From Treponema sp. (lineage in GTDB: Bacteria; Spirochaetota; Spirochaetia; Treponematales; Treponemataceae), in assembly GCA_016287815.1 (NCBI GenBank), contig JAEEWW010000001.1, positions 5,842-69,841 on the forward strand: a stretch of 64,000 nt of DNA, read 5' to 3'. The translations under genes were made by a program, and so were the position numbers. Under the pieces are notes generated by a model. That model was not told the DNA's origin and searched no databases. It saw nothing but the letters and a program-made list of their open reading frames with translations. Numbering within the stretch: position 1 is the first letter of the stretch; each line of letters starts with the position of its first letter. This document shows positions 9,474 through 21,125 of the stretch, piece by piece.

Positions 9474-9556
9474 GGGAGAAGTGTAAATCCGTTGGATAAA
9501 GACGCTTCGTTAGAAGGATTTGTAAGCTTTTACAGTGGAAAATCTTTCATACCAAT
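9473..9556 (+). promoter_or_regulatory. Putative L1-binding autoregulatory site in the rplK leader
   Basis: GGGAG-stem(AAGTGT/ACGCTT)-CGTTAG layout resembles the E. coli rplK leader GGGGAGCC...GGCGTTAT. Confidence 0.45.
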
Positions 9557-9570
9557 GTAAGGAGTAATAT

Positions 9571-10002
9571 ATGGCTCAAAAAAAGGTTACGGCTGTCATT
9601 AAACTGCAGTGTCCTGCAGGTTCTGCGACACCGGCTCCGCCAATTGGACCTGCTCTTGGACCTCATGGTGTAAATGCACCTAAGTTTGTTCAGGAGTTCA
9701 ATGACAGGACTAAGACTATGGAAAAAGGTCTTATCATTCCTGTTGTAATTACAGTTTATCAGGATAAATCTTATACATTTATCTTGAAAACACCGCCTGC
9801 CGCTGTTCTTATCAAGAAAGCTTTGAAACTTGAAAAAGCTTCTGGAAACCCGTTACGCGACAAAGTTGGAACTCTTTCTCAGAAAGATCTTGAAGAAATT
9901 GCAAAGACTAAATTACCAGATGTTAATGCAAATGATCTCGAAGCAGCAAAGAAAATTATTGCTGGTACTGCACGCAGTATGGGCGTAGAGGTGGAACAGT
10001 AA
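9571..10002 (+). CDS. rplK: 50S ribosomal protein L11
   Basis: [20 protein letters not shown]. Confidence 0.99.
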   Translation: MAQKKVTAVIKLQCPAGSATPAPPIGPALGPHGVNAPKFVQEFNDRTKTMEKGLIIPVVITVYQDKSYTFILKTPPAAVLIKKALKLEKASGNPLRDKVGTLSQKDLEEIAKTKLPDVNANDLEAAKKIIAGTARSMGVEVEQ

Positions 10003-10003
10003 A

Positions 10004-10684
10004 ATGAAACACGGAAAAAAATATCGCGCATCGCTTGCAAAATTCGATCTTACAAAAAAGTATCCTGTTGCTGAAGCATGCAAGATGCTTGGTGAATTAA
10101 AGTTCGCTAACTTTGACGAAACAATCGAAGCTCACGTTTGTCTGAAACTTGGTAAAGGTCAGTCTGTTCGTGATACTTTGGTTTTCCCGAATCAGTTTAA
10201 GGCAGAAAAGAAAGTTTTGGTTTTCTGTAGAGATGATCGTGTAAAAGAAGCTCTGGATGCAGGTGCAGCTTTTGCAGGTTCTCAGGAATACATTGACAAA
10301 GTAAAAGGTGGCTGGCTTGATTTTGATATCGCTGTTGCTACACCTGATATGATGAAAGATGTAGGTCGTCTTGGTATGGTACTTGGACGCAAAGGTCTTA
10401 TGCCAAACCCAAAAACAGGAACTGTAACTAACGATATTACAAAGGCTATTTCTGAATTGAAGAAAGGTCGTACAGAATATCGTACTGACAAAGCAGGTGT
10501 TGTTCACATTGCTGTAGGTAAGAGTTCAATGGATTCTGCAAAAGTAGCTGAAAACGTATCAGTTCTTCTTGGTGAAATTTCTCGCAAGAAGCCGGCTGAT
10601 GCAAAAGCAGGTTTTGTTCAGAATGTTTCTGTAAGTTCAACTATGAGCCCTGGTGTTTGGGTTGACTACAAGGAAGGAGAGTAA
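10004..10684 (+). CDS. rplA: 50S ribosomal protein L1
   Basis: LGRKGLMPNPKTGTV, STMSPG. Confidence 0.99.
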   Translation: MKHGKKYRASLAKFDLTKKYPVAEACKMLGELKFANFDETIEAHVCLKLGKGQSVRDTLVFPNQFKAEKKVLVFCRDDRVKEALDAGAAFAGSQEYIDKVKGGWLDFDIAVATPDMMKDVGRLGMVLGRKGLMPNPKTGTVTNDITKAISELKKGRTEYRTDKAGVVHIAVGKSSMDSAKVAENVSVLLGEISRKKPADAKAGFVQNVSVSSTMSPGVWVDYKEGE

Positions 10685-10686
10685 TT

Positions 10687-11211
10687 ATGGCAATCAAAGC
10701 TAAGAAAGTTCAGCCTGCAAAAACACAGGCAATTGAAGACGCAAAAAAAGTTTTCGAAGGCTATAATGACTTTATTTTCACAGAATATCGTGGACTTACT
10801 GTAGAACAGATTACACAGCTCCGTGACAAGCTCCGTGAAAAGAATTCACAGCTTAAAGTTGTAAAAAACAACTTTGCAAAAATCGCTTTTGAAGATCTTA
10901 AGATTGAAAACGTTTCAGAATTCTTAAAAGGCCCAACAGCTATCGCTATGGCTAAAGAAGATTCTAACGAAACTGCAAAAGTTCTTTTTGACTTTGCAAA
11001 AGATGCACCGGCTCTTTCAATTAAAGCTGGTTACATCGGTAAAGAAATTTACGATGTTGCAAAAATGGAAGCTTATTCAAAGGTTCCTGGAAAGAAAGAG
11101 CTTATTGCTATGCTTATGTCTGCTATCAATGGTCCGGCAAGACAGCTTGCTGCTACTTTGAAAGCATACGTAGAAAAGAAAGAAAAAGAAGGTGGTGCTG
11201 CACAGGCATAA
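10687..11211 (+). CDS. rplJ: 50S ribosomal protein L10
   Basis: EYRGLTVEQITQLR, VVKNN, LKGPTA. Confidence 0.98.
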   Translation: MAIKAKKVQPAKTQAIEDAKKVFEGYNDFIFTEYRGLTVEQITQLRDKLREKNSQLKVVKNNFAKIAFEDLKIENVSEFLKGPTAIAMAKEDSNETAKVLFDFAKDAPALSIKAGYIGKEIYDVAKMEAYSKVPGKKELIAMLMSAINGPARQLAATLKAYVEKKEKEGGAAQA

Positions 11212-11422
11212 GCTTGTTTTGCAGAAAGCATTTTCTTTTGAATACCGCAGTCAGGCTTCATAGCTGTCGACTGTCTGCGGTTAATAGCAGCGGTTTTTAT
11301 TGATTTTATCAATGGTCGTTGCAAGAACCTGTTATTTATTCGGTGAATATCAGACAGGTTTGAACAATCCGCAGAAAACCTTTTGGTAACGCGGAAAATA
11401 TTTATTTTTTGGAGAAGACAAT

Positions 11423-11806
11423 ATGGCAGCCTTAACAAATGATCAGATTCTTGATGCAATCGCATCTATGACAGTTCTTGAAGCTTCAGAACTTGTAAAA
11501 GCAATGGAAGAAAAATTCGGTGTAACAGCAGCAGTAGCAGTTGCAGCAGCTCCTGGAGCAGCTGGCGGTGCAGCAGCTGGTGGCGAAGAACAGACAGAAT
11601 TCACAGTAACTCTCGAAAGCTTCGACGCAGCTAAAAAGATCCCGGTTATCAAAGCTGTTCGCGAAATCACAGGTCTTGGACTTGGTGAAGCAAAAGCTCT
11701 TGTTGAAGGAGCACCAAAAGAAGTTAAAGCTGGCGTAAGCAAAGCTGATGCTGATGAAATGATCAAGAAGATCGAAGAAGCTGGTGGTAAAGCTAGCAAA
11801 AAATAA
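11423..11806 (+). CDS. rplL: 50S ribosomal protein L7/L12
   Basis: EEKFGVTAA hinge, [20 protein letters not shown]. Confidence 0.99.
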   Translation: MAALTNDQILDAIASMTVLEASELVKAMEEKFGVTAAVAVAAAPGAAGGAAAGGEEQTEFTVTLESFDAAKKIPVIKAVREITGLGLGEAKALVEGAPKEVKAGVSKADADEMIKKIEEAGGKASKK

Positions 11807-12118
11807 GTTGAGTATTAATTCTGGTATTAGAAATGCCGGAATAATGATTGCAGATTGAAAATAGTTTTCAATCTGCAAAACGGATGAGTCAAGGCCTTGA
11901 ACGAAGCGTGCCTTGACCAGACTTATTTTTCTTATAAATAATTTTACTAGAATGTGTGCTTAATTTTGTTGGGGATGCCTTGAAATGATGATTTGTTTTA
12001 GGGCATCCCAAGTTTGTTCTTAATTACAAAATGTTTTGTGAGAGGGGTTTTGTGCTGTAAAAGAGTTTCTTTTATGTAGCAAAACTTGCTTGACAACTCG
12101 TTTTTAGAGAGGTTTTTG

Positions 12119-15100
12119 ATGTTCGCAAAGAGCCGGACGATTAACCGTCAGTACATTGGAAAAAACATCCAGAAATTTATGGATGTTCCTAACCTTATTG
12201 ATATTCAGTTATCATCCTACGAAAGTTTCCTTCAGAAAAATAAACTTGAAAACAAGGAACCCCTTGAAAATCAGGGTTTACAGGAAGTATTTACATCAAC
12301 TTTCCCTATTGAAAGTCCAAACGGCGATATGGCGCTTGAATTTGAATTCTATGATTTGGACATGGCTAACATTAAGTTTTCTGAATTTGAATGCAAACAG
12401 AAGGGACTTACTTATTCTGCACCTTTAAAAGCAAGAATTAATTTGAATTTTTTACAGACAGGTGCAATTCTTCAGAAAGATATTTACATGGGCGATATTC
12501 CGCTTATGACAGACCGCGGAACCTTCGTTATTAACGGGGCTGAGCGCGTTGTTGTATCTCAGATTCATCGTTCTCCAGGTGTTATATTTAACCACGATAA
12601 AGGTGTTTACGGCAGCCGTATCATTCCTTACCGCGGTTCATGGCTTGAATTTGAAATTGATCAGAAAAAAGAATTAATTTACGCAAAGATTGACCGTAAA
12701 AAGAAAATCCTTGGAACTATTTTCTTAAGAGCTTTAGGATATTCTACTCGTGAAGAAATTATCCGTTGTTTCTATAAAGTAGAAAATGTTTCAGTTGCAG
12801 ACAGTCAGGAAGGACGCGATGCACTTGTAGATAAAGTTCTTGCAAGTCCGGTAATCGTAAAAGATGCTGATTCCGGCGAAGAAAAGAAACTTTACCGTGC
12901 CGGTGACAGAATCCATCTTCATGATGTTGATGAATTGATTGCACATGGTGTTAAAGAAATTTGTGTAATCAAGTTTGAAACACGCAAAAATCCAGGTGAT
13001 AAAAACAGTTCAGAAAAGAATGAATCGTTGAATTCTCAGATTATCATTAACTGTTTTGAACGTGAAGACATTCGTTTCCCGAAAGAAAATGGCGAAGAAC
13101 CTTCTAAAGAAGATGCTCTTTCTGCTGTTTATTCTGTTCTTATGCCAAACGAACCGATTACAGTTGATGCAGCTGAAAAAGATTTGAATTCTATGTTCTT
13201 CTCTTTGCGCCGTTATGATCTTGGTCGTGTAGGTCGCTACAAGTTGAATAAAAAATTCGACTATAAGGAAAATGTAGAAGATCATACATTGGTTAAGCAG
13301 GATATCATTGAAACAATGAAATTCCTTCTTAACGTTTATATCGGCGATGAACAGATAGATGATATTGACCATCTTGGTAACCGCCGTATCCGTTCTGTCG
13401 GCGAATTGATGACAAATCAGCTGAAAACAGCTTTCAGCCGCATGGAACGCATTGCAAAAGAACGCATGAGTCTTAAAGAAACAGAAACAATGAAGCCGCA
13501 GGATTTGATTTCTATCAAACCAATCGTTGCTTCTATAAAAGAATTCTTTGGTTCTTCTCAGCTTTCTCAGTTTATGGATCAGGTTAACCCGCTTGCAGAA
13601 CTTACACACAAGCGTCGTCTTAACGCTTTAGGTCCTGGTGGTCTTTCTCGTGACCGTGCAGGCTTTGAAGTCCGCGATGTTCACTATTCTCACTATGGAC
13701 GTATGTGTCCAATTGAAACTCCTGAAGGTCCGAACATCGGTTTGATTGTTTCTCTTGCAATTTATACAAGAATTAATGAATACGGATTCCTTGAAGCTCC
13801 GTACAGAAAGATTGAAAATGGTAAAGCAACAAAAGATTATGCATATCTTTCTGCAATGGACGAAGATAAATACTACATTGGTCAGGTAAGCGAAAACCTT
13901 AAGGAAGACGGAACCTTTGCTACAGAGTTGATTTCTTGCCGTCACCGCGGTAACTATACTCAGCGTTCTCCAAAAGACGTTCAGTATATGGACGTTTCTC
14001 CGCGTCAGGTAATTTCTGTTTCTGCAGCCCTTATTCCGTTCCTTGAACATGACGATGCTAACCGTGCATTGATGGGTTGTAACATGCAGCGTCAGGCTGT
14101 TCCTCTTCTTTTCCCGGAACCACCACATGTTGGAACCGGTATGGAAAAGAAATGTGCAATGGATTCCGGTGTTCTTGTTAAGGCAAAACGTGCCGGTGAA
14201 GTTGTATGGGTAACAAGTAACCTTATTAAGGTAAAACCTGATGGGGCTCCTGAAGGTGTACTTGATGAATATGAACTTTTGAAATATCAGCGTACAAACC
14301 AGGATACCTGTAACCATCAGAGACCTACTGTTGATGTTGGCGAAAGAGTTGAAGCCGGTACAGTATTGGCTGACGGTCCTGCAACATTCAACGGTGAACT
14401 GGCACTTGGCCGTAACCTTTTGGTTGGATTCGTTCCGTGGAATGGCTATAACTACGAAGACGCCGTACTTATTTCTCAGCGCGTAGTAAAAGAAGATATG
14501 TATACTTCAATCCATATCAAGGAATTCCAGACTGAAATTCGCGAAACAAAGCTTGGTCCGGAAAAAATCATCCGCGATATTCCGAATACAGCTGAAAAAA
14601 CACTTGATAACCTTGATAGTGAAGGTATTATCCGTATTGGTGCAAAAGTTCGTTCTGGTGATATTCTGGTTGGTAAAGTTACACCAAAATCAGAAACTGA
14701 AACTACACCTGAGTTTAAGCTGTTGAACTCTATCTTTGGTGAAAAAGCTAAAGAAGTACGCGATTCTTCTTTGCGTGTTCCACACGGTGTTGAAGGTGTT
14801 GTAATTGACGTTCAGCGTTTGCGCCGCACAGAAGGTGATGACCTTAGTCCTGGTGTAGACGAAGTTGTAAAAGTTCTTATTGCAAACAAGCGTAAGCTTC
14901 GTGAAGGTGATAAGATGGCCGGTCGTCACGGAAACAAGGGTGTTGTTTCACGTATTCTGCCGGTTGAAGATATGCCGTACCTGGAAGACGGTACTCCGCT
15001 CGATGTTTGTTTGAACCCGCTTGGTGTACCTTCTCGTATGAACATTGGTCAGATTATGGAATCTGAACTTGGTATTGCCGGTAAATACCTGAATCAGTTC

Positions 15101-15676
15101 TATGAACTTCCTGTATTCCAGTCTCCAAGCCAGAAGCAGATTGCAGACAAGCTTGAAGAAGCTGGTCTTTCACGTGATTGTAAACAGATTGTACATGATG
15201 GACGTACAGGTGAACCGTTCGTAAACCCAATCTTTGTTGGTGTTATCTATTACCTTAAACTTCATCACCTTGTTGATGATAAGATGCATGCACGTTCAAC
15301 AGGTCCGTACTCACTTGTTACACAGCAGCCTCTTGGTGGTAAAGCACAGTTTGGTGGTCAGCGTCTTGGTGAAATGGAAGTTTGGGCACTTGAAGCTTAC
15401 GGTGCAGCAAATACATTACAGGAAATGATGACAATCAAGTCTGATGATATGAACGGTCGTTCAAAGATTTACGAATCTATCGTAAAAGGTGATCCTGCAA
15501 CTCCAGCTGGTGTTCCGGAATCATTCAACGTACTTGTTCAGGAAATGCGCGGTTTGGCACTTGATTTTACAATCTACGATGCTAAAGGAAAACAGATTGC
15601 TCTTACAGAGCGTGACCAGGAATTGATTGATAAAGCAGCTTCTGGTTTTGATAAGGAGTCTTCTACTAATGCGTGA
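12119..15676 (+). CDS. rpoB: RNA polymerase beta subunit
   Basis: [29 protein letters not shown]; start set at ATG 12119 after AGAGG. Confidence 0.99.
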   Translation: MFAKSRTINRQYIGKNIQKFMDVPNLIDIQLSSYESFLQKNKLENKEPLENQGLQEVFTSTFPIESPNGDMALEFEFYDLDMANIKFSEFECKQKGLTYSAPLKARINLNFLQTGAILQKDIYMGDIPLMTDRGTFVINGAERVVVSQIHRSPGVIFNHDKGVYGSRIIPYRGSWLEFEIDQKKELIYAKIDRKKKILGTIFLRALGYSTREEIIRCFYKVENVSVADSQEGRDALVDKVLASPVIVKDADSGEEKKLYRAGDRIHLHDVDELIAHGVKEICVIKFETRKNPGDKNSSEKNESLNSQIIINCFEREDIRFPKENGEEPSKEDALSAVYSVLMPNEPITVDAAEKDLNSMFFSLRRYDLGRVGRYKLNKKFDYKENVEDHTLVKQDIIETMKFLLNVYIGDEQIDDIDHLGNRRIRSVGELMTNQLKTAFSRMERIAKERMSLKETETMKPQDLISIKPIVASIKEFFGSSQLSQFMDQVNPLAELTHKRRLNALGPGGLSRDRAGFEVRDVHYSHYGRMCPIETPEGPNIGLIVSLAIYTRINEYGFLEAPYRKIENGKATKDYAYLSAMDEDKYYIGQVSENLKEDGTFATELISCRHRGNYTQRSPKDVQYMDVSPRQVISVSAALIPFLEHDDANRALMGCNMQRQAVPLLFPEPPHVGTGMEKKCAMDSGVLVKAKRAGEVVWVTSNLIKVKPDGAPEGVLDEYELLKYQRTNQDTCNHQRPTVDVGERVEAGTVLADGPATFNGELALGRNLLVGFVPWNGYNYEDAVLISQRVVKEDMYTSIHIKEFQTEIRETKLGPEKIIRDIPNTAEKTLDNLDSEGIIRIGAKVRSGDILVGKVTPKSETETTPEFKLLNSIFGEKAKEVRDSSLRVPHGVEGVVIDVQRLRRTEGDDLSPGVDEVVKVLIANKRKLREGDKMAGRHGNKGVVSRILPVEDMPYLEDGTPLDVCLNPLGVPSRMNIGQIMESELGIAGKYLNQFYELPVFQSPSQKQIADKLEEAGLSRDCKQIVHDGRTGEPFVNPIFVGVIYYLKLHHLVDDKMHARSTGPYSLVTQQPLGGKAQFGGQRLGEMEVWALEAYGAANTLQEMMTIKSDDMNGRSKIYESIVKGDPATPAGVPESFNVLVQEMRGLALDFTIYDAKGKQIALTERDQELIDKAASGFDKESSTNA

Positions 15677-18600
15677 TATTCAGGATTTTGACAGTCTTAA
15701 GATAAAACTCGCTTCGCCGGATACAATCCGTGCATGGTCTTACGGTGAAGTAAAAAAGCCGGAAACCATCAATTACCGTACATTACGTCCGGAGAAAGAC
15801 GGTTTGTTCTGCGAACGCATTTTCGGTACTACAAAAGAATGGGAATGTTACTGTGGTAAATTCAAATCAATCCGCTATAAGGGCGTAATCTGCGACCGTT
15901 GTGGTGTTGAAGTTACACATTTTAAAGTTCGCCGTGAAAGAACCGGACATATTGAACTTGCAGCTCCTGTAAGTCATATCTGGTACTATCGCTCAGTACC
16001 GAGCCGCATGGGCTTGCTTCTTGATCTTCAGGTTGCAGCTCTTCGCTCTGTTTTATATTACGAAAAATATATAGTTATTGATCCGGGCGATACTGATTTA
16101 AAGAAAATGCAGCTTCTTACAGAAGATGAATATCTTGAAGCCCAGGAACGTTACGGACAGGCATTTACAGCCGGAATGGGTGCAGAAGCAATTAAAACAT
16201 TGCTTGAAGGCCTTGACCTTGATGCACTTGCCGCAGAACTGCGTGCAAAAATGGTAGAAAAAGGCGCAAAGTCTGATAAACGCCTTTTAAAGAGAATTGA
16301 AATTGTTGAAAATTTCCGTTCTTCAGGAAATAAAGCTTCCTGGATGATTCTGGATGTAATTCCGGTAATTCCGCCGGAACTTCGTCCTATGGTTCAGCTT
16401 GATGGCGGACGTTTTGCAACTTCTGACCTTAATGACCTTTATCGCCGTGTAATTAACCGCAATAACCGTCTTAAAAGACTTCAGCAGCTTTCTGCTCCGG
16501 ATATCATTATCCGTAACGAAAAGCGTATGCTTCAGGAAGCTGTAGATGCATTGTTTGATAACAGCAAGAGAAAGCGCGTTGTAAAAGGTGCTTCAAACCG
16601 TCCGTTAAAATCAATTTCTGATATGCTTAAAGGTAAGCAGGGACGTTTCCGCCAGAACCTTCTTGGTAAACGTGTAGATTATTCAGGTCGTTCAGTAATC
16701 GTTGTAGGTCCTGAATTGAAACTCTGGCAGTGCGGTCTTCCTACTAAAATGGCTCTTGAACTGTTCAAGCCATTTATTATGAAGAAACTTGTTGATAAAG
16801 ACGTTGTTTTCAATATTAAAAAGGCAAAGATGCTTGTAGAAAGCGAATCTCCGGAAGTATTTGCAATTCTTGATGAAGTTGTAAAAGAACATCCGGTTAT
16901 GCTTAACCGTGCTCCTACATTGCACCGTCTTGGTATTCAGGCTTTTGAACCTGTACTTGTAGAAGGAAAAGCTCTTAAACTTCATCCTCTTGCTTGTAAA
17001 GCATTTAACGCCGACTTTGATGGTGACCAGATGGCTATTCACGTTCCGCTTACTCAGGCGGCTCAGATGGAATGCTGGACATTGATGCTTTCTGCAAGAA
17101 ACCTTCTTGACCCTGCAAACGGTAAACCGATTGTAGGTCCGTCTCAGGACATGGTTCTTGGTATTTACTACATGACTTCTGTAAAGAAGAACGGAAAGGG
17201 AACTGGAAAACGCTTCTCTTCTTCTGATGAAGTTCGTCTTGCAGCTGAATGCGGAAATATTGAATGGCAGTCACTTATTAAGGTTCCTGCTCCAAAAGAT
17301 TCATTTACAGCTAATGTTTACGGTAATAAAGAAACATTTAAAGCAGGGGAATTGATTGAAACGACAGCAGGGCGTCTTGCATTTAACGAAGCTATGCCAG
17401 AAGAAGTTAACTATGTTAACGAAAAAATGGGCGATAAGCAGCTTAAGAAAATGATTGAGCACATTTACCAGACAAAAGGTTCATGGCTTACAATCCAGAT
17501 GCTTGATGCAATTAAAGCTGTTGGTTATAAAAACGCAACATTCTACGGTGCAACTCTTTCTATGGATGATATCATTATTCCTGCTGAAAAGAAGGAAATG
17601 GTAGACAAGGCTAACAAAGAGGTTGAAAAGATTGTAGAACAGTATTCAAGCGGTCAGATTTCTGATAAGGAACGCTACAATAAAGTTACTGACTTGTGGC
17701 AGAGAACTAACGAATCTTTGACAAAAGTCATGATGAATCAGTTTAAGGAAGATAAAGATGGTTTCAATACAATCTTTATGATGGCCGACTCTGGTGCCCG
17801 TGGTTCTCCAAAACAGATTTCTCAGCTGGCTGCAATGCGTGGTTTGATGGCTAAACCGAGTGGAGAAATTATTGAACTTCCAATTAAGTCAAACTTCTAT
17901 GAAGGTTTGTCAGTTATTGAATTCTTTATTTCAACAAACGGTGCCCGCAAAGGTCTTTCAGATACAGCCCTTAAAACAGCCGATGCCGGTTACATGACTC
18001 GTCGTCTGGTTGATGTTGCTCAGGATGTTGTAATTACAGAAGACGATTGTGGAACAATTAACGGTATTGATTATTCAGCAATCAAGAATGGTGATGAAAT
18101 TGTAGAAACTCTTTCTTCACGCATTGTTGGTCACTATACAATTGAGCGCGTTGTTCATCCTATTACCGGTGAATTACTCTGTGATGTTAATCAGTATATC
18201 GATGATGAACTTGCAAAGAAAATCGAAGCTGCCGGTGTAGAAAAGGTAAAACTCCGCACAGTACTTACTTGTGAAGCTAAGCACGGTTTGTGCGTTAAGT
18301 GTTATGGTAAGAACCTTGCCCGCAACAAGATTGTTGAAATTGGTGAAGCAGTTGGAATTATTGCTGCTCAGTCAATCGGTCAGCCTGGTACACAGCTTAC
18401 AATGCGTACTTTCCACGTTGGTGGTACAGCATCTAAAGTTACAGAAGATAACCATATCGCATTGCGCTATGATGCTCTTATTGAAGATATCGAAGGAACA
18501 AAGGTTGATACAAAAGACGGCAACTGGTTGTTTACTCGTAAGGGTTATATGAATACAGTTCACCTTCTTGCAAATTACAAGATTGAAAAAGGTGACAAAC

Positions 18601-19958
18601 TTGCTGTAGCAGACGGCGACCGCATTATGAAAGGTACAGCTGTTATTACACGCAAGGGAGAAGAAATTAAAGCTTCTGAAACTGGCCGTGTAATCATTAT
18701 TGATGACACATTGTATATCGGTGTTGCTAATTCAATTAAAGTTGAAATCAGTAACGGTTCCAAGATTTTTGTAAAACCAGGTGCAATTGTAAAAGCTAAT
18801 TCAGTAATTGGTGAATTTGATGCATTTAGTGAACCGATTATTGCAGAATATACTGGTTACGTTCACTTTGAAGACGTAATTCCGGGTACAACTCTGGAAG
18901 AAAAAATTGATACAAAGACTGGTTCTGTTGAACGCCGTATCAGTGACCTTCACCTTGATACAAAACAGCCTCGTATTCTTATTACAGATGAAGCTGGTAA
19001 TGAACTTGGTGGTTATCACTTACCTTCTGGTGCTATTCTTCAGGTTGAAGACAAACAGGCAGTTGAAGCTGGTGTAACACTTGCAAAAATGGCAAAAGAA
19101 GCTGCTAAGACAAGTGATATTACTGGTGGTCTTCCACGTGTATCTGAATTGTTTGAAGCCCGCAAACCAAAAGAACCTGCTGTACTTTCAAAGATTACAG
19201 GTTCTGTTAAATTCAAGGGTGTTACAAAAGGTAAGCGTGTAGTTGTAGTAGAAGATATTTACGGACATCAGTTTGAACATCTTGTACCAATGACAAAGCG
19301 CATGCTTGTTCGTGACGGAGACCGTGTTGAAGCAGGTGAAAACCTTTGTGACGGTTCACCAAGTCCACATGATGTACTTGCAATCCTTGGCGAAAATGCA
19401 CTTCAGAATTACCTTATGAAAGAAATTCTGGACGTTTACCGTGCACAGGGTGTAGATATCAATGATAAACACATTGGTATTATTGTTCGCCAGATGCTCC
19501 GCAAGGTAGAAATTATCTCTGTTGGTGATACACATTTCATCTATGGACAGCAGGTTGATAAGTACAAGTTCCATGATGAAAACCGCCGTGTAGTAGCAGA
19601 AGGTGGTCAGCCGGCTATTGCTCAGCCGATGTTCCAGGGAATTACAAAGGCATCTTTGAATGTTGATTCATTCATTTCTGCCGCTTCATTCCAGGAAACA
19701 ACACGTGTTCTTACAAATGCTGCAATTTCCGGAGCAACAGACGGTTTGCATGGTATCAAGGAAAACGTTGCAATTGGTCACATGATTCCTGCCGGTACAG
19801 GTATAAAAGATTATCGCGGTGTAAAACTGTTTGATGAATCAGAAAAAGACCTTGATGTTCAGATGGAAGAAATTATTGAACGTCGTCGTCAGGAAGAAGA
19901 ACTTGCAGAACAGGTTGAAGATGTTGTTCAGTCTGCTCCTGCAGAGGATGCTGACTAA
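15669..19958 (+). CDS. rpoC: RNA polymerase beta' subunit
   Basis: NADFDGDQM catalytic motif, zinc-binding Cys; start at ATG 15669 overlapping the rpoB end. Confidence 0.99.
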   Translation: MRDIQDFDSLKIKLASPDTIRAWSYGEVKKPETINYRTLRPEKDGLFCERIFGTTKEWECYCGKFKSIRYKGVICDRCGVEVTHFKVRRERTGHIELAAPVSHIWYYRSVPSRMGLLLDLQVAALRSVLYYEKYIVIDPGDTDLKKMQLLTEDEYLEAQERYGQAFTAGMGAEAIKTLLEGLDLDALAAELRAKMVEKGAKSDKRLLKRIEIVENFRSSGNKASWMILDVIPVIPPELRPMVQLDGGRFATSDLNDLYRRVINRNNRLKRLQQLSAPDIIIRNEKRMLQEAVDALFDNSKRKRVVKGASNRPLKSISDMLKGKQGRFRQNLLGKRVDYSGRSVIVVGPELKLWQCGLPTKMALELFKPFIMKKLVDKDVVFNIKKAKMLVESESPEVFAILDEVVKEHPVMLNRAPTLHRLGIQAFEPVLVEGKALKLHPLACKAFNADFDGDQMAIHVPLTQAAQMECWTLMLSARNLLDPANGKPIVGPSQDMVLGIYYMTSVKKNGKGTGKRFSSSDEVRLAAECGNIEWQSLIKVPAPKDSFTANVYGNKETFKAGELIETTAGRLAFNEAMPEEVNYVNEKMGDKQLKKMIEHIYQTKGSWLTIQMLDAIKAVGYKNATFYGATLSMDDIIIPAEKKEMVDKANKEVEKIVEQYSSGQISDKERYNKVTDLWQRTNESLTKVMMNQFKEDKDGFNTIFMMADSGARGSPKQISQLAAMRGLMAKPSGEIIELPIKSNFYEGLSVIEFFISTNGARKGLSDTALKTADAGYMTRRLVDVAQDVVITEDDCGTINGIDYSAIKNGDEIVETLSSRIVGHYTIERVVHPITGELLCDVNQYIDDELAKKIEAAGVEKVKLRTVLTCEAKHGLCVKCYGKNLARNKIVEIGEAVGIIAAQSIGQPGTQLTMRTFHVGGTASKVTEDNHIALRYDALIEDIEGTKVDTKDGNWLFTRKGYMNTVHLLANYKIEKGDKLAVADGDRIMKGTAVITRKGEEIKASETGRVIIIDDTLYIGVANSIKVEISNGSKIFVKPGAIVKANSVIGEFDAFSEPIIAEYTGYVHFEDVIPGTTLEEKIDTKTGSVERRISDLHLDTKQPRILITDEAGNELGGYHLPSGAILQVEDKQAVEAGVTLAKMAKEAAKTSDITGGLPRVSELFEARKPKEPAVLSKITGSVKFKGVTKGKRVVVVEDIYGHQFEHLVPMTKRMLVRDGDRVEAGENLCDGSPSPHDVLAILGENALQNYLMKEILDVYRAQGVDINDKHIGIIVRQMLRKVEIISVGDTHFIYGQQVDKYKFHDENRRVVAEGGQPAIAQPMFQGITKASLNVDSFISAASFQETTRVLTNAAISGATDGLHGIKENVAIGHMIPAGTGIKDYRGVKLFDESEKDLDVQMEEIIERRRQEEELAEQVEDVVQSAPAEDAD

Positions 19959-19997
19959 GCATTTGAATGTAAAAACAGAATTTACGGTATGCAAGTA

Positions 19998-20027
19998 TTG
20001 ACTTAAGTGCCGTGAATTCTGTACTAT
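19998..20027 (+). promoter_or_regulatory. Putative promoter of rpsL-rpsG
   Basis: TTGACT, 18 bp, TACTAT. Confidence 0.55.
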
Positions 20028-20145
20028 AGGAAACCGCTCTTTATGAGCGTTTTCGGCTGAATGCAGATTTAGCAGTTCAGTGTTTTTGGTTTTATTGAAA
20101 AACTTGTCCGGAGTGCTGCCGGCAATAAAATAGGAGAATAGGCCG

Positions 20146-20520
20146 ATGCCTACAATAAATCAATTAATTCGTCAGGGACGTAAGTCAGCTGCAAACAGAA
20201 CCAAATCTCCCGCGCTTGAGTCCTGTCCGCAGAAACGTGGTGTTTGTACACGTGTTATGACTGTTACTCCAAAAAAACCGAACTCAGCTCTTCGTAAAGT
20301 AGCTCGTGTTCGCCTGTGTAATGGTATTGAAGTTACTGCATATATTCCAGGTATTGGACATAACTTGCAGGAACACTCTGTTGTTCTTATTCGTGGTGGT
20401 CGTGTTAAGGATCTTCCTGGTGTACGTTATCACATTATCCGTGGTACAAAAGATACTCTTGGTGTAGAAGATCGTAAACGTGGTCGTTCAAAATACGGTG
20501 CTAAAAGACCGAAGGCATAA
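20146..20520 (+). CDS. rpsL: 30S ribosomal protein S12
   Basis: [21 protein letters not shown]. Confidence 0.99.
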   Translation: MPTINQLIRQGRKSAANRTKSPALESCPQKRGVCTRVMTVTPKKPNSALRKVARVRLCNGIEVTAYIPGIGHNLQEHSVVLIRGGRVKDLPGVRYHIIRGTKDTLGVEDRKRGRSKYGAKRPKA

Positions 20521-20532
20521 TGGAGGATTAAA

Positions 20533-21003
20533 ATGGGTAGACATAAGAAATCAATTAATCGTCCGATTTTGCCGGATGCAAAATATAACAGCGTCGTAAT
20601 TTCTAAATTTGTTACACGTATGATGCTCGATGGAAAAAAAGACACATGTGTAAAAATTATCTATGAAGCTTTGGATAAATTAAAGTCAAAGACTGATAAG
20701 GATCCTCTTGAAGTTTTCCTCAAGGCTCTTGATAATGTAAAACCTGTAGTTGAAGTAAAATCACGCCGTGTTGGTGGTGCTACATATCAGGTTCCGGTAG
20801 AAATCCGTGATTCCCGCCGTGAAGCACTTGCAATGCGCTGGGTTATTACTGCTGCCCGCTCAAGAAGCGGTCACGGTATGGCTGATACACTTGCTCTTGA
20901 ATTGTTTGATGCTTATAACAATACTGGTACTGCATTCAAGAAGAAGGAAGATACACATAAAATGGCTGAAGCTAACAAGGCTTTTGCTCACTATCGCTGG
21001 TAG
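20533..21003 (+). CDS. rpsG: 30S ribosomal protein S7
   Basis: [27 protein letters not shown]. Confidence 0.99.
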   Translation: MGRHKKSINRPILPDAKYNSVVISKFVTRMMLDGKKDTCVKIIYEALDKLKSKTDKDPLEVFLKALDNVKPVVEVKSRRVGGATYQVPVEIRDSRREALAMRWVITAARSRSGHGMADTLALELFDAYNNTGTAFKKKEDTHKMAEANKAFAHYRW

Positions 21004-21019
21004 GTTTTATGTATTAAAG

Positions 21020-21069
21020 AATGGCTGTCCTGAAGTTGTTGAAACTTTGTATGGACGGCCATTTTTTTT
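21020..21069 (+). terminator. Intrinsic terminator after rpsG
   Basis: AATGGCTGTCC/GGACGGCCATT stem plus T-run. Confidence 0.8.
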
Positions 21070-21090
21070 GCTTGTTTTTAATTCAGGCTA

Positions 21091-21119
21091 TTGCATTTAT
21101 TTTTAAAAAAAGGTATAAA
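21091..21119 (+). promoter_or_regulatory. Putative sigma-70 promoter of the tuf-S10 transcript
   Basis: TTGCAT, 17 bp, TATAAA, immediately after the rpsG terminator. Confidence 0.6.
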
Positions 21120-21125
21120 TAGGTT

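Noticed and set aside
20146-20520. Streptomycin-resistance substitutions in S12
   Set aside because: K43 (PKKPNS) and K88 (RVKDLP) are wild type
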